Shown piece by piece: positions 1 through 8,470 of a stretch of DNA of 64,000 nucleotides. The stretch comes from Candidatus Latescibacterota bacterium. Its GTDB lineage: Bacteria; Latescibacterota; UBA2968; SICM01. Each line of letters begins with the position of its first letter. Position 1 is the first letter of the stretch. Made by a program: the position numbers and the translations under genes. The stretch spans positions 1,504,001-1,568,000 of the forward strand of contig CBDCJO010000002.1 in assembly GCA_965217865.1 (NCBI GenBank). The letters run 5' to 3'. A model generated the notes under the pieces. It was given only the letters and a program-made list of their open reading frames with translations, did not search any database and was not told the origin of the DNA.

Positions 1-786
1 GGCCCGATCGGCCCAGTCGTAGGGGAACACCGCGGCGCCGTAATAGTCTATGGGCGGCGTGGGAGGAGATCCCTGATAAGAGGCCAGGTCCGTTTCGTCC
101 GCCTGAAGGACGGTGGTTTGATTTTCCCATTGGACCAGGTCGTCCGACTCGAGGCGCCTGACCGTCCGATATCTTCCCTCAGGATCCTCAGGGGGCTCAA
201 TCCAGGCACGGGTGTACATCACGTATCGCTCTTCGGCCGGATCCCAGAACACGATGGTCTGCGTATCCCAGCCGCCCGGACCGATGTCGAGCTTGGTAAA
301 CAATTTCCAATCGTACCCGTCCGGTGAGCTGAACATCTGGAACCCTCCGGAGGGATAAACTTTGGTCTGCGACTTGTAGCGGTGTTCCGCAGGCGCGTTC
401 GGATCGATCCAGACCGAGCAGCCTCCTAATTTTCCGGGCATCACGATGTTGTTCGCCTTCGACCCGTCGATCTCGTGGAGCCCCAACGCCGGCTTCGTGA
501 AGCGCAGGCCGTCATCGGACTCGGCGTAAGCGACTCGACGGTAATCCGCGTCGTATTCGCTGCTCTGTGAGGTGTCGTACCACACCCGGATGCGGCCCGA
601 GTCCTTCAGGACGCTCGAGTAATGGCAGAGCCCGGCCTCGGGCCCGTCGTCCTCCCAGGGCTGATCCCCGGTGATGAGGGCCTGGCCCGTCTGCGCGGGC
701 GGGTTCATCGTCAGCCGAACCCCGTGACTGGATTCCACAAACAACTCATCGATGAAAAGCTGTTTGCGTGCCCCGACATCAAGCAT
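1..786 (-). CDS. GH32/GH43-like five-bladed beta-propeller protein, partial (runs off left edge)
   Basis: Not in ORF track; manual translation from ATG at 786: MLDVGARKQLFIDELFVESSHGVRLTMNPP...PWEDDG...VAYAESDDGLRFTKPALGLHEIDGSKANNIV...DPNAPAEHRYK...SSPDGYDW. Same motifs as 14325..15815 and 38782..40227. Confidence 0.8.
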   Translation of the reverse strand, partial: MLDVGARKQLFIDELFVESSHGVRLTMNPPAQTGQALITGDQPWEDDGPEAGLCHYSSVLKDSGRIRVWYDTSQSSEYDADYRRVAYAESDDGLRFTKPALGLHEIDGSKANNIVMPGKLGGCSVWIDPNAPAEHRYKSQTKVYPSGGFQMFSSPDGYDWKLFTKLDIGPGGWDTQTIVFWDPAEERYVMYTRAWIEPPEDPEGRYRTVRRLESDDLVQWENQTTVLQADETDLASYQGSPPTPPIDYYGAAVFPYDWADRA

Positions 787-855
787 GGCCAACCCCCGGG
801 TAGATCAAAAAACTCTTAGCGATCACGGCACAAGAGACTATCTAGCTGATACGCA

Positions 856-1818
856 TCAAAATGATATTTCTTTCAGGCGACGTCCCACCTCGGCAAGCAC
901 GTGCGCATCCTTATCCTGGATCAACCCGCGGTCGGTCGGGGGGACGTTCAGCAGCAGATTACCTCCTCGACCCCACGAGATCTTGAGCCAGTCGATGATC
1001 GTGTCCGGAGGGTGGGGGGTGTCTTCGGGCGAATAGAACCAGCGGGGGTGGATGCTGTCGCAGGTCTCGATCGGCAAATAACGGAAGTCGTTCCCGTGCA
1101 CCATCCTTCGGATCGGTCGGGTGTCGGGGATGTAGAGCTGGTCACCCACCATCTTGTGCACACGTTCGATGCAATTCAGGTCGACGGGGGAGAGGGCCAG
1201 CTCGCCTCCGTTCATCTTGCCCGGATTGCAGAGCACAAGGCACTCCGGCTGCAGAGATTTGACGAGGTCGTAGAGCTCACGCCAGTGCCACCGGGTCGCA
1301 TCGTGCCACCCCCACCAGCCCTTCTCCCAGCCCGCATCGAACCATAATTCGATTACGGGGCCGTAATCGGTCAGGAGCTCGGTCAACTGGCGCTTCATAA
1401 ATTCCGCGTATGCCGCGTCATCCTCGTAGCAAGGCTCGTGCGTGTCCCACAGGGAATAGTACAACCCGATCTTGATCCCCCTGCGCTCGAAGGCCTCGCA
1501 GATCTCCTTCAAGAAATCGCGACGCATTGGAGTGGCCAGGACGTTATAATCGGTCTGCTTGCTCGGCCAAAGGCTGAATCCCTCGTGGTGCCTGGTCGTA
1601 ATCACGGCGTATCTCATTCCAGCCGAATCGGCGACTTCGGCCCACTGATGCGGATCGAAGTCAACCGGGTCGAACCTGGCGGGATCTTCCTCCCCGGTTC
1701 CCGCTTCGATGTGATAGAAGGTGTTGATATTGAAGTGAACAAACATCCCAAACCGCAACGCCATCCAGGCTTCCTGGACGGGGGTAGGACCGATGCGTTC
1801 CGACTCACCTGTAGCCAT
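856..1818 (-). CDS. alpha-L-fucosidase (GH29), catalytic domain only
   Basis: FGMFVHF, AGMRYAVITTRHHEGFSLW, GLYYSLWD, ELWFD (nucleophile Asp), GGNLLLNVPP. Start moved to MATGES because the upstream extension is translated 7-mer repeat. Confidence 0.92.
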   Translation of the reverse strand: MATGESERIGPTPVQEAWMALRFGMFVHFNINTFYHIEAGTGEEDPARFDPVDFDPHQWAEVADSAGMRYAVITTRHHEGFSLWPSKQTDYNVLATPMRRDFLKEICEAFERRGIKIGLYYSLWDTHEPCYEDDAAYAEFMKRQLTELLTDYGPVIELWFDAGWEKGWWGWHDATRWHWRELYDLVKSLQPECLVLCNPGKMNGGELALSPVDLNCIERVHKMVGDQLYIPDTRPIRRMVHGNDFRYLPIETCDSIHPRWFYSPEDTPHPPDTIIDWLKISWGRGGNLLLNVPPTDRGLIQDKDAHVLAEVGRRLKEISF

Positions 1819-1836
1819 AGGTTTGTGACCTCCGGG

Positions 1837-1882
1837 GAAAAAGGGAAATGGAAAATGGAAAATGAAAAGTGGAAAATGCAAA
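1837..1882. repeat. degenerate 7-mer tandem array (GAAAATG type)
   Basis: GGAAATG GAAAATG GAAAATG AAAAGTG GAAAATG CAAATAG on + strand in an intergenic spacer. Confidence 0.8.
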
Positions 1883-1920
1883 TAGCCTTATTCAGGCAAT
1901 CCGCGCCACGAAAGTCCCTC

Positions 1921-2937
1921 TCATCTCTCCCGTACCACCCCGGCGAGGAGGGCGGCGCGGAAATCGTCAAGGGACAAACTTTCGTCTGCCATGACCAGGG
2001 TGGCGTTGTAGGGCGTACTTCCGCCACAGCCCACACCCATCGCCCAACTTGCGCGGCTATCCCCGCCGATGCCTCGAGCGCGGCCGATTCCCCAGCCGAA
2101 TATATCGATCTCGGTGACCGAGCCTGGAGGGAACTCGACTTCCACAACGTGGGGGCGATCCATTGGACCGTAGATGCCTTCCCAGAACTGGGCAACGTAG
2201 TTTCCCCAGGCCGGCCCTTCGTTCGGGGCCTTGAGGATGAACAGGCGGATGTTCTCGGGCATCCGGAGGTTCTGGTCGACGAGCGTGGCCTTCATGAGCA
2301 AGGGGCTGGCCGACGGCTCGATCAGATCAAAGCGACGCTCGATGGGCGTGGTCAGACCGAATGCACGGCTCATATGAATGCAAAAGGTGGCCGTGCAGTA
2401 ACACCAGTCGCCGCCAAAGCCGACGAATTCTACGTTCGCAGGGTCGTAGGCATAACCCTGCCCTTCCAACTGCCGATTGAGGTCGATGGCCCAGGCCTTG
2501 GTCTTTATCCAGGTCTCGAACTCCGCCCCGGGGGGGAGGGAGGGGTCCTCCCAGTCCGGGCCCCGATTCTCATCCGCCTTCCGCCGATCTTCTTCTAAAC
2601 CTTTTACAAATTCAGGTCCCAACTCCTGTCGATAATGATCGATGTCGCCGATCAGCTTGAGGACCACGCAACGCGGCCCGAAAACCCTCCGGGCTAAATC
2701 GATCAGCTCGTCGGTGGCCTTTGCCCCAGAGGGGATGAAAAAGATGCCCTCATCCTCCCGGGCATTCCGGATGAGCTCCTCGTATCTGGGTTTCTTCTGA
2801 AGCCCAACCGAGTAGCCGAGGTTACATCTTCCCGGCCACTGTTCCCACCATTTCTCCCGTCGCTGGGGATCACCTGGTGGCACATCGAGCCAGGTCAAGG
2901 GATGCACGCCGAAGTAGATTTTTTTAAGTCTGTTCAT
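1921..2937 (-). CDS. hypothetical protein (338 aa)
   Basis: Long ORF co-oriented with the gene cluster, protein-like composition; no family recognised. Confidence 0.75.
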   Translation of the reverse strand: MNRLKKIYFGVHPLTWLDVPPGDPQRREKWWEQWPGRCNLGYSVGLQKKPRYEELIRNAREDEGIFFIPSGAKATDELIDLARRVFGPRCVVLKLIGDIDHYRQELGPEFVKGLEEDRRKADENRGPDWEDPSLPPGAEFETWIKTKAWAIDLNRQLEGQGYAYDPANVEFVGFGGDWCYCTATFCIHMSRAFGLTTPIERRFDLIEPSASPLLMKATLVDQNLRMPENIRLFILKAPNEGPAWGNYVAQFWEGIYGPMDRPHVVEVEFPPGSVTEIDIFGWGIGRARGIGGDSRASWAMGVGCGGSTPYNATLVMADESLSLDDFRAALLAGVVRER

Positions 2938-2954
2938 ATTTTGACAGATTTAAT

Positions 2955-3150
2955 GGGAGGGACGCCGGCCTCGGCGTCCGCTAACATCCCGGTCTTTAAG
3001 GTCCGGGTTTTTCAGATCCCGTGGGATCAAAGGTTTGGCGGTTTTCAGACTAATCGGATGACTATTAATGACAAACCGATTTGATTTAGGAGAAGCAATT
3101 TCGGCATCGGTTAATCGATTACGGCCCGCGAGGCCGCGGCCCTCCCGGAA
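2955..3150. repeat. REP doublet / dispersed intergenic repeat (copy 1)
   Basis: Hairpins GGACGCCG-GCCT-CGGCGTCC and CGGCCCGCGAGGCCGCGGCCCTCCC; 3032..3150 aligns by eye with 57194..57314. Confidence 0.65.
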
Positions 3151-3204
3151 CAGGTCGTGACTACAGTCCAGATTTGTAACCGAACTTGCCACCATGTGTA
3201 CTTG

Positions 3205-4479
3205 TCAGGCCTTTTCGACAGTCATTCGCACCGAGAAGACCGTATTGCCGAGCGGCTCCCCGTCACGAGGTTCGTAGTTGGCGATGTCGTAGACAACGAC
3301 CAGCTCGTTCTCCCCCACAGCGGCAACGCTGGCCATGTGCGAGCTGTCGCAGTTGATGCCGAACAGCGAGGGCTCCGGCACGATCGGGATGCGATCGCGC
3401 CACTCGTCGCCTGTGCCGTCTTCGTTGAACGTGATGTGCTCTCCCGGCCGGCCGTAGACCATGGCGACGACGCCATTGGGCAGAGTCGCGAGCCAGGGCG
3501 ACACCTCGGCGTTGCTCATGTGGGTCTTACCTTCGTTGTGGATTGGAGGGAGCATTCGGACCGGATAGTGCCGCGTCACGCCCGGGCACAGGATCAGTTC
3601 GCTCCATGTCTTGCCGCTGTCGAATGATTTGCTCTGGAGCATCGCGCGATCCGGCTGATGATATCCCGTGCGGAACACGGCGAGCAGGTCGCCGTTGGGC
3701 AGTTCCGTCAGGGCGGGCTCCGCGAACGCCCATATACCCCGGGTAACCTCTGTCTCCTCGTGTGGCGGCATGCCCGCGGGGAGGCCGACGAAGTCGAAGT
3801 TGTAGCCGCCATCCGTGCTGCGGAACATCAACGGGAAGACCCATCGCTCTTGCTCCCCTCCCGGCCGCTGGCAATCCTTCCAGATCGTTACGAACGTCAC
3901 CAGACTGCCGTCTGAGAGGGTTTTGAACGTCGCGCAGTTTTCGAAATGGCCAATAATTGTCGCCCCCGTGATCCACTGGTTCGGGTTGACGCGCAAATCG
4001 AACTCAGGTGGATAGTGGAAAAACACATCGGGCCGATCCCGCCACGTCCGCCCGTTGTCGTCGGACTCGCTCATATGCGTCACACCCAGACCGGGTTCGA
4101 CGTGAAACATCATCTCATTGGGGCACAGCGTCTTGTCGCCGACCGGTGTGGCGCCGCTGCACCCGACGCCCGGCGTCGGCTCGGACCACGTGCGTCCGCT
4201 GTCTTCGGAGCGACAGTAAGCCGTCATGAACGGCCATCGATAGTCGGGATGGGCCTCGAGCGGACGGAACCTGTAAACCGGATACTTCGCGCCCGGCACG
4301 TCCACCCGCACGTAGACGTCGGCAGGGCGGACAAGGTCCGGATGCAATCCGTAGGTGGCCAGAATCGTTCCGTCCGGGGTGTACCCCGCGCGGCAGTAGT
4401 GGTGGGTGGACTCGAGCGTGTCGAGGTAGCCGATGGTGCGGTCGATAATCACCGGGTCTTCATGATGGATCTTGAGCAT
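3205..4479 (-). CDS. BNR/Asp-box sialidase-like beta-propeller protein
   Basis: Asp boxes SEDSGRTWS, SDDNGRTW, STDGGYNF, SFDSGKTWS; EPALTELPNGDLLAVFR; YGRPG; RBS GAGGGG upstream. Confidence 0.85.
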   Translation of the reverse strand: MLKIHHEDPVIIDRTIGYLDTLESTHHYCRAGYTPDGTILATYGLHPDLVRPADVYVRVDVPGAKYPVYRFRPLEAHPDYRWPFMTAYCRSEDSGRTWSEPTPGVGCSGATPVGDKTLCPNEMMFHVEPGLGVTHMSESDDNGRTWRDRPDVFFHYPPEFDLRVNPNQWITGATIIGHFENCATFKTLSDGSLVTFVTIWKDCQRPGGEQERWVFPLMFRSTDGGYNFDFVGLPAGMPPHEETEVTRGIWAFAEPALTELPNGDLLAVFRTGYHQPDRAMLQSKSFDSGKTWSELILCPGVTRHYPVRMLPPIHNEGKTHMSNAEVSPWLATLPNGVVAMVYGRPGEHITFNEDGTGDEWRDRIPIVPEPSLFGINCDSSHMASVAAVGENELVVVYDIANYEPRDGEPLGNTVFSVRMTVEKA

Positions 4480-4490
4480 TTTCCCCTCGA

Positions 4491-5579
4491 CTAGTGTCGT
4501 GTCCCGCCAATAAGTTCAAATAGTCGCTTAATCTTTTCGAGGATGGATTCTGCGGTGGCAGTCCACACAAAGGGTTTTGAATTTGAGTTGTAGTGATCGG
4601 CGAATTTCTTGATGTTATTGACCAGATCTTTCACGCTACGAAAGGAACCCCGGCGGATTGCCTTTTGTGTAATGATGTTGAACCAGATCTCGACTTGGTT
4701 TAGCCAGGACGCGTAAGTGGGTGTATAGTGGACCTGATATCTTGGCCGGGCTGCAAGCCATTGTTTGGTTTTAGGGTGCTTGTGCGTGCCATAGTTGTCC
4801 AAGACCAGGTGAATATCGAGATCCTCCGGGACGTTTGCCTCGATGTGCTTTAGGAATTGAAGGAATTCCTGATGACGGTGTCTCGGTTTACATTGTGTTA
4901 ACACTTTTCCCGAGGCGATCTCTAGAGCAGCAAACAGCGTCGTTGTCCCGTGTCTGATGTAGTTGTGAGTTACGCCTTCGACGTAACCCAAACCCAGTGG
5001 CAGAATCGGTTGCGTTCGATCTAATGCTTGGACCTGGCTTTTCTCGTCCACACAGAGCACCATAGCATTGTCTGGCGGGTTGAGGTAGAGCCCGACAACG
5101 TCCCTGACCTTCTCTACAAAGAAGGGATCGTTTGAGAGTCTGAAGTGTTTCTGTCGATGAGGTTGAAGTCCGAAGGCTTTCCAGACTCGCTGAACGGTGG
5201 ACTTGGAGAGCCCAGTCTCAGCTCCGATGGACCGACAGGTCCAGTGAGTTGCATGCCTTGGCTTTGTCTTCAAGGTTTTGCCAATGAGCCTGGCAATCTT
5301 CTGGTCGGAGATTGAACGTGGACCTCCAGGACGCATCTCGTCGTAAAGCCCCATCAGCCCTTGAGCACAATAACGATTACGCCATTTCCCAATCGTGGCA
5401 TAGGACAGTCCCAGCTTCTGGCCTATCTGTAGATTCGTGAGTCCGATATCACTCATCAGTATGATCTTCGCACGGCGCACCAAAGAATGCGGTAAGATCC
5501 GCGAACCAGATATCGCCTTCAATTCACTTCGGACTTCATCACTAAGGTTCAATGGCTGCAATGGACGTCCCATTTTCAT
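4491..5579 (-). CDS. IS630 family transposase
   Basis: N-terminal HTH, VLCVDEKSQVQAL, YIRHGTTTLFAAL, LVLDNYGTHK, TPTYASWLNQVEIWF (DDE); RBS AGGAGG before MKMGRP; the stop TAG coincides with the terminal CTAG. Confidence 0.95.
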   Translation of the reverse strand: MKMGRPLQPLNLSDEVRSELKAISGSRILPHSLVRRAKIILMSDIGLTNLQIGQKLGLSYATIGKWRNRYCAQGLMGLYDEMRPGGPRSISDQKIARLIGKTLKTKPRHATHWTCRSIGAETGLSKSTVQRVWKAFGLQPHRQKHFRLSNDPFFVEKVRDVVGLYLNPPDNAMVLCVDEKSQVQALDRTQPILPLGLGYVEGVTHNYIRHGTTTLFAALEIASGKVLTQCKPRHRHQEFLQFLKHIEANVPEDLDIHLVLDNYGTHKHPKTKQWLAARPRYQVHYTPTYASWLNQVEIWFNIITQKAIRRGSFRSVKDLVNNIKKFADHYNSNSKPFVWTATAESILEKIKRLFELIGGTRH

Positions 5580-5660
5580 CGGTTCCTCCTTGGATAAGGG
5601 CATAAGGAACCATAAGACGAATCCATTACTTTGTCAAGTTATTCCTGGGTCATAACACTA
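4492..5660 (-). mobile_element. IS630-family insertion sequence
   Basis: TA within CTAG at both ends (4491-4494, 5658-5661); imperfect TIRs GTGTCGTGTCCCGCCAATAA / GTGTTATGACCCAGGAATAA; encodes an IS630 transposase. Confidence 0.9.
5609..5637 (-). promoter_or_regulatory. putative sigma70 promoter of the IS630 transposase
   Basis: Minus strand TTGACA-17 nt-TATGGT just inside the IS end. Confidence 0.5.
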
Positions 5661-5661
5661 G

Positions 5662-7495
5662 TCCTAAAATAAGCGAATAGGCTTGTTGAGCGGTGTGTTA
5701 TACAAGATTTCGGAGCATTTCAGACTTGTGACTTGGTGGAGATGATGTCTGGGCTGTTTTTGTGATTGTTTCGGCATGCGATTGTCTAATTAACTGAGTT
5801 TGCGGACGTGTTTTAGCCGGGGTGGACGGACTTGTCCCTGTGATGTTACGACGACAGGTGCTGACATGGCAGTCAGGCCGGTTTGAGCCATCTGATTCTG
5901 TTCCAGGCCGGGAAGAAGTCAGTCATCCACCGGTTGTAGCCCAAGACACGATAGATGATCTGTCTTCCCCGGGTCACGATCTGGCAAGGGATCCAGATCA
6001 GATTCTGGAGGAAGGCGCGAAACTCCATTCTCAGAAGTTGATCGCGACGCTCACGCTTTCGGATCATCAACGCGAACCAGGCTTTGAGGTTCCACGCCAG
6101 GGCGGTCATGACCATGTAAGCCCAGTTGCTCATCAGGTTGTCGACGGGCATCCGCATGGCGTTGACCCCGTTCTTGAGTTGTTCAATCACGTTTTCCTGA
6201 TCGCACCGTCGATTGGCCAGCCTCACGATTTCCGCGGCCGTAAGATCTTTTCGGGTGGTAATGTAGAAGAAATAGCGCTTGTCATCGAACAGGGCGTTTT
6301 CGCCGCGTTCGACGCTCAGGTTCTTTTCGAGGATCACGAGTCGACAGGTCTTCCTGCATCGAGCAGGACGATACGAAACCCCGGCAACACGTTCACTGGC
6401 AAGTCGGATGTTTTTGAAGCCGCGCTCCCGGATGATCCGGGCTTTCACGTTCTCGCGTTTCTGTCTCTGGGAGGTTTTGACCTGGTATTTGGGTTGTCGT
6501 TCAAAGGGCTCCCAATCGCTCTGTGACAGGGATTTGGCGATCTTGACCAATCCCCGGTAAGCATCCATGCCGAAGACGAAGTCGACCTTTTCCGACCAAC
6601 GATCGAAGTGCCGGGTGAGTGAGAAGCCGGTGTCTCCGCGCAGGCAGATGCGTTTGGCGAAAGGGGCGACCAGCGCGATGGCGCGATCGATCCACTTTAC
6701 GGCACCGTCGTGGCTGGGCACATGGCCGGGTCGATTCACAAGAAACAACACCTCCCTGGTGTTCGCCAGAGAGACCACGAGAGGATGGTATCCCCAGATA
6801 CCGTTGTATGACAGGGCCATGCCCTGCTTGCGTTCTCCGAGGGTGGTGGCCAGGGTGCCGTCGATGTCGATGAGGGCTTCTTTGAGTTCGCCCCTGGCGC
6901 GCTTTTTCCAGATCCGGGTGCGCACCCGGTTGATGCAATCCATCAACGTCTCGATATCCGATGGCCGGAAACGACGTGTAAAGTCGCCTGCTGTGGTCGG
7001 ATCCGGGAGACGCTGAGCGCCCAAAGCGTTCAGGAACGTGGCATCCTGCCGGCGCAGCTCAATGTCTTCAAGGCGTTGACCACCAACCAGCGCATTGTAG
7101 GCGATGTTCAGAACGTGGTCTGATTCGTGACAGGGCAAATGCACTTTCAAAAGATGAAGATGACGGTCAATCTCTTTCACCAGCCCAACCCTGCGGACCA
7201 TGTGGTGAAACGCGCCGATCCCCCCACACGTGATCGCCTCGGCCTTCCCACTTATCTCGTAGTGGATGTTTCCCCCAGACATCATAGGCTTGACCTGACT
7301 GCACCACTGCTTCCGACGCAAACGACGGACAATTCGTGCTTCCCTGTTCCGAAGAATCTTCCTGTATTCTCTCATCTGAAATGCCCCTTTTTGATGGCCT
7401 CTTTTTGTCTTTCATACTACAACTATAGGCCTGAAAACTGGGGCATTTCAACTTTTTTCTACTAAAACCAAGAAAAATTCACGCTTGTATAGGGA
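5662..7495 (-). mobile_element. IS1380-family insertion sequence
   Basis: Flanked by CTAG direct repeats (5658-5661, 7496-7499); imperfect TIRs TCCTAAAATAAGCG / TCCCTATACAAGCG. Confidence 0.8.
5873..7375 (-). CDS. IS1380 family transposase
   Basis: PDPTTAGDFTRRF, IDIDGT, GYHPL, LRGDTGF, RCDQENVIEQLKNG, NWAYMVM; 500 aa. Confidence 0.92.
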   Translation of the reverse strand: MREYRKILRNREARIVRRLRRKQWCSQVKPMMSGGNIHYEISGKAEAITCGGIGAFHHMVRRVGLVKEIDRHLHLLKVHLPCHESDHVLNIAYNALVGGQRLEDIELRRQDATFLNALGAQRLPDPTTAGDFTRRFRPSDIETLMDCINRVRTRIWKKRARGELKEALIDIDGTLATTLGERKQGMALSYNGIWGYHPLVVSLANTREVLFLVNRPGHVPSHDGAVKWIDRAIALVAPFAKRICLRGDTGFSLTRHFDRWSEKVDFVFGMDAYRGLVKIAKSLSQSDWEPFERQPKYQVKTSQRQKRENVKARIIRERGFKNIRLASERVAGVSYRPARCRKTCRLVILEKNLSVERGENALFDDKRYFFYITTRKDLTAAEIVRLANRRCDQENVIEQLKNGVNAMRMPVDNLMSNWAYMVMTALAWNLKAWFALMIRKRERRDQLLRMEFRAFLQNLIWIPCQIVTRGRQIIYRVLGYNRWMTDFFPAWNRIRWLKPA

Positions 7496-7690
7496 CTAGT
7501 GGCGTGTTACAGAATTAACACCTGAATTTGGGACCGCTTTCAGGCGAAGAATGTCCGTTCTAACGCCCTCATCCCCTGTATCCCCTTCTCCCGTCCTTCG
7601 ACGAGCTCAGGACAGGCTCCGCAGGAGAAGGGGACGACGACATTCCTTTTCTTAGGTATTCAGGATCTCGCCTTCCCTTCATGAAAGTAT

Positions 7691-8287
7691 TTGGACTTGG
7701 ATACCCCTTCCTTTGGAAGGGGAGGAAAAGTTTAGCTTGCCGAAGGCAAGCTAAAAGGCTGTCTTATCGTGTGCAGACCACTGAGACTCATATCGACTCA
7801 GGAGGCATACGATGGGACTCCGACGGACCAGTCACGCAGTCTATGATAGCCAGTATCCTCTGGTATGGGCACCGAAGTATCGGAAATGGATTCTGCGAGG
7901 TGACCTTCGAGAGTATGTGGGCAAGCTGTTTCATCGGATAGCAGAGGATTTTGGTTTTGACATCCAAGAGATGGAAGTGGCCGAAGATCATGTGCATATT
8001 TTCTTGTCGTTTCCTCCCCGGTATTCGATTTCTAAGGTAGTGGGCATTTTGAAGAGTATTTCGGGCAGCGGGGTCTTCCGAGAACATCCAGAGGTGAAAC
8101 GGGAGTTATGGGGTGGAGAATTCTGGGAAGATGGTTATTTTGCCCGCACCGTAGGCGACAAGGTGACTTCTGAAGTGATTGAGCAATATATTCGGTATCA
8201 TCGTCAAGAGCAGAAAGGGCCCCTACAGTTGGATCTGTTTGGGGATGGGAGTGGTTAATGCCCCGCCCTTTGGGCGGGGTGGTTTAC
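7691..8287 (+). mobile_element. IS200/IS605-family element (tnpA only, no tnpB); ends approximate
   Basis: Left hairpins CCCCTTCC-TTT-GGAAGGGG and TAGCTTGCC-GAA-GGCAAGCTA; right hairpin CCCCGCCC-TTT-GGGCGGGG then TGGTTTAC; absent from the 62391 REP copy. Confidence 0.75.
7812..8258 (+). CDS. tnpA: IS200/IS605 family HUH (Y1) transposase
   Basis: LVWAPKYRK, EDHVHIF (HUH), LWGGEFWEDGYF, IEQYI (catalytic Tyr); RBS AGGAGG. Confidence 0.95.
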   Translation: MGLRRTSHAVYDSQYPLVWAPKYRKWILRGDLREYVGKLFHRIAEDFGFDIQEMEVAEDHVHIFLSFPPRYSISKVVGILKSISGSGVFREHPEVKRELWGGEFWEDGYFARTVGDKVTSEVIEQYIRYHRQEQKGPLQLDLFGDGSG

Positions 8288-8470
8288 TAGACCATTAGAT
8301 CATTTTCGATCTTCCCCTCTCCCGGCACCCGGGAGAGGGGTGCCGAGCTTGCGAGGCGGGGTGAGGGAGCACGACGGCGTTCCAAAAAGTGTGCAATGCA
8401 AAAGAAAGTCTTGCACGGAAAGGCAATAATTCAAGACCTGAGAATGCAGTGTGATTTTCGGAACACACCG

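Larger units (their letters stand above)
7563..8375. repeat. composite REP element, interrupted copy (7563..~7690 and ~8296..8375)
   Basis: Both arms near-identical to the contiguous copy at 62391..62597 (CCCCTTCTCCCGTCCTTCGACGAGCTCAGGACAGG..GGAGAAGGGG; CCCCTCTCCCGGCACCCGGGAGAGGGG). Confidence 0.8.

Noticed and set aside
1819-1881. Phe/His-rich N-terminal extensions (also upstream of 33420, 46043 and 56960) resembling leader or signal peptides
   Set aside because: They are translations of the 7-mer arrays; a downstream Met, in most cases with an RBS, gives a better start.
8259-8290. tnpB/omegaRNA associated with tnpA, or an intrinsic terminator
   Set aside because: No tnpB ORF; the hairpin lacks a U-tract and fits the IS200/IS605 right end.
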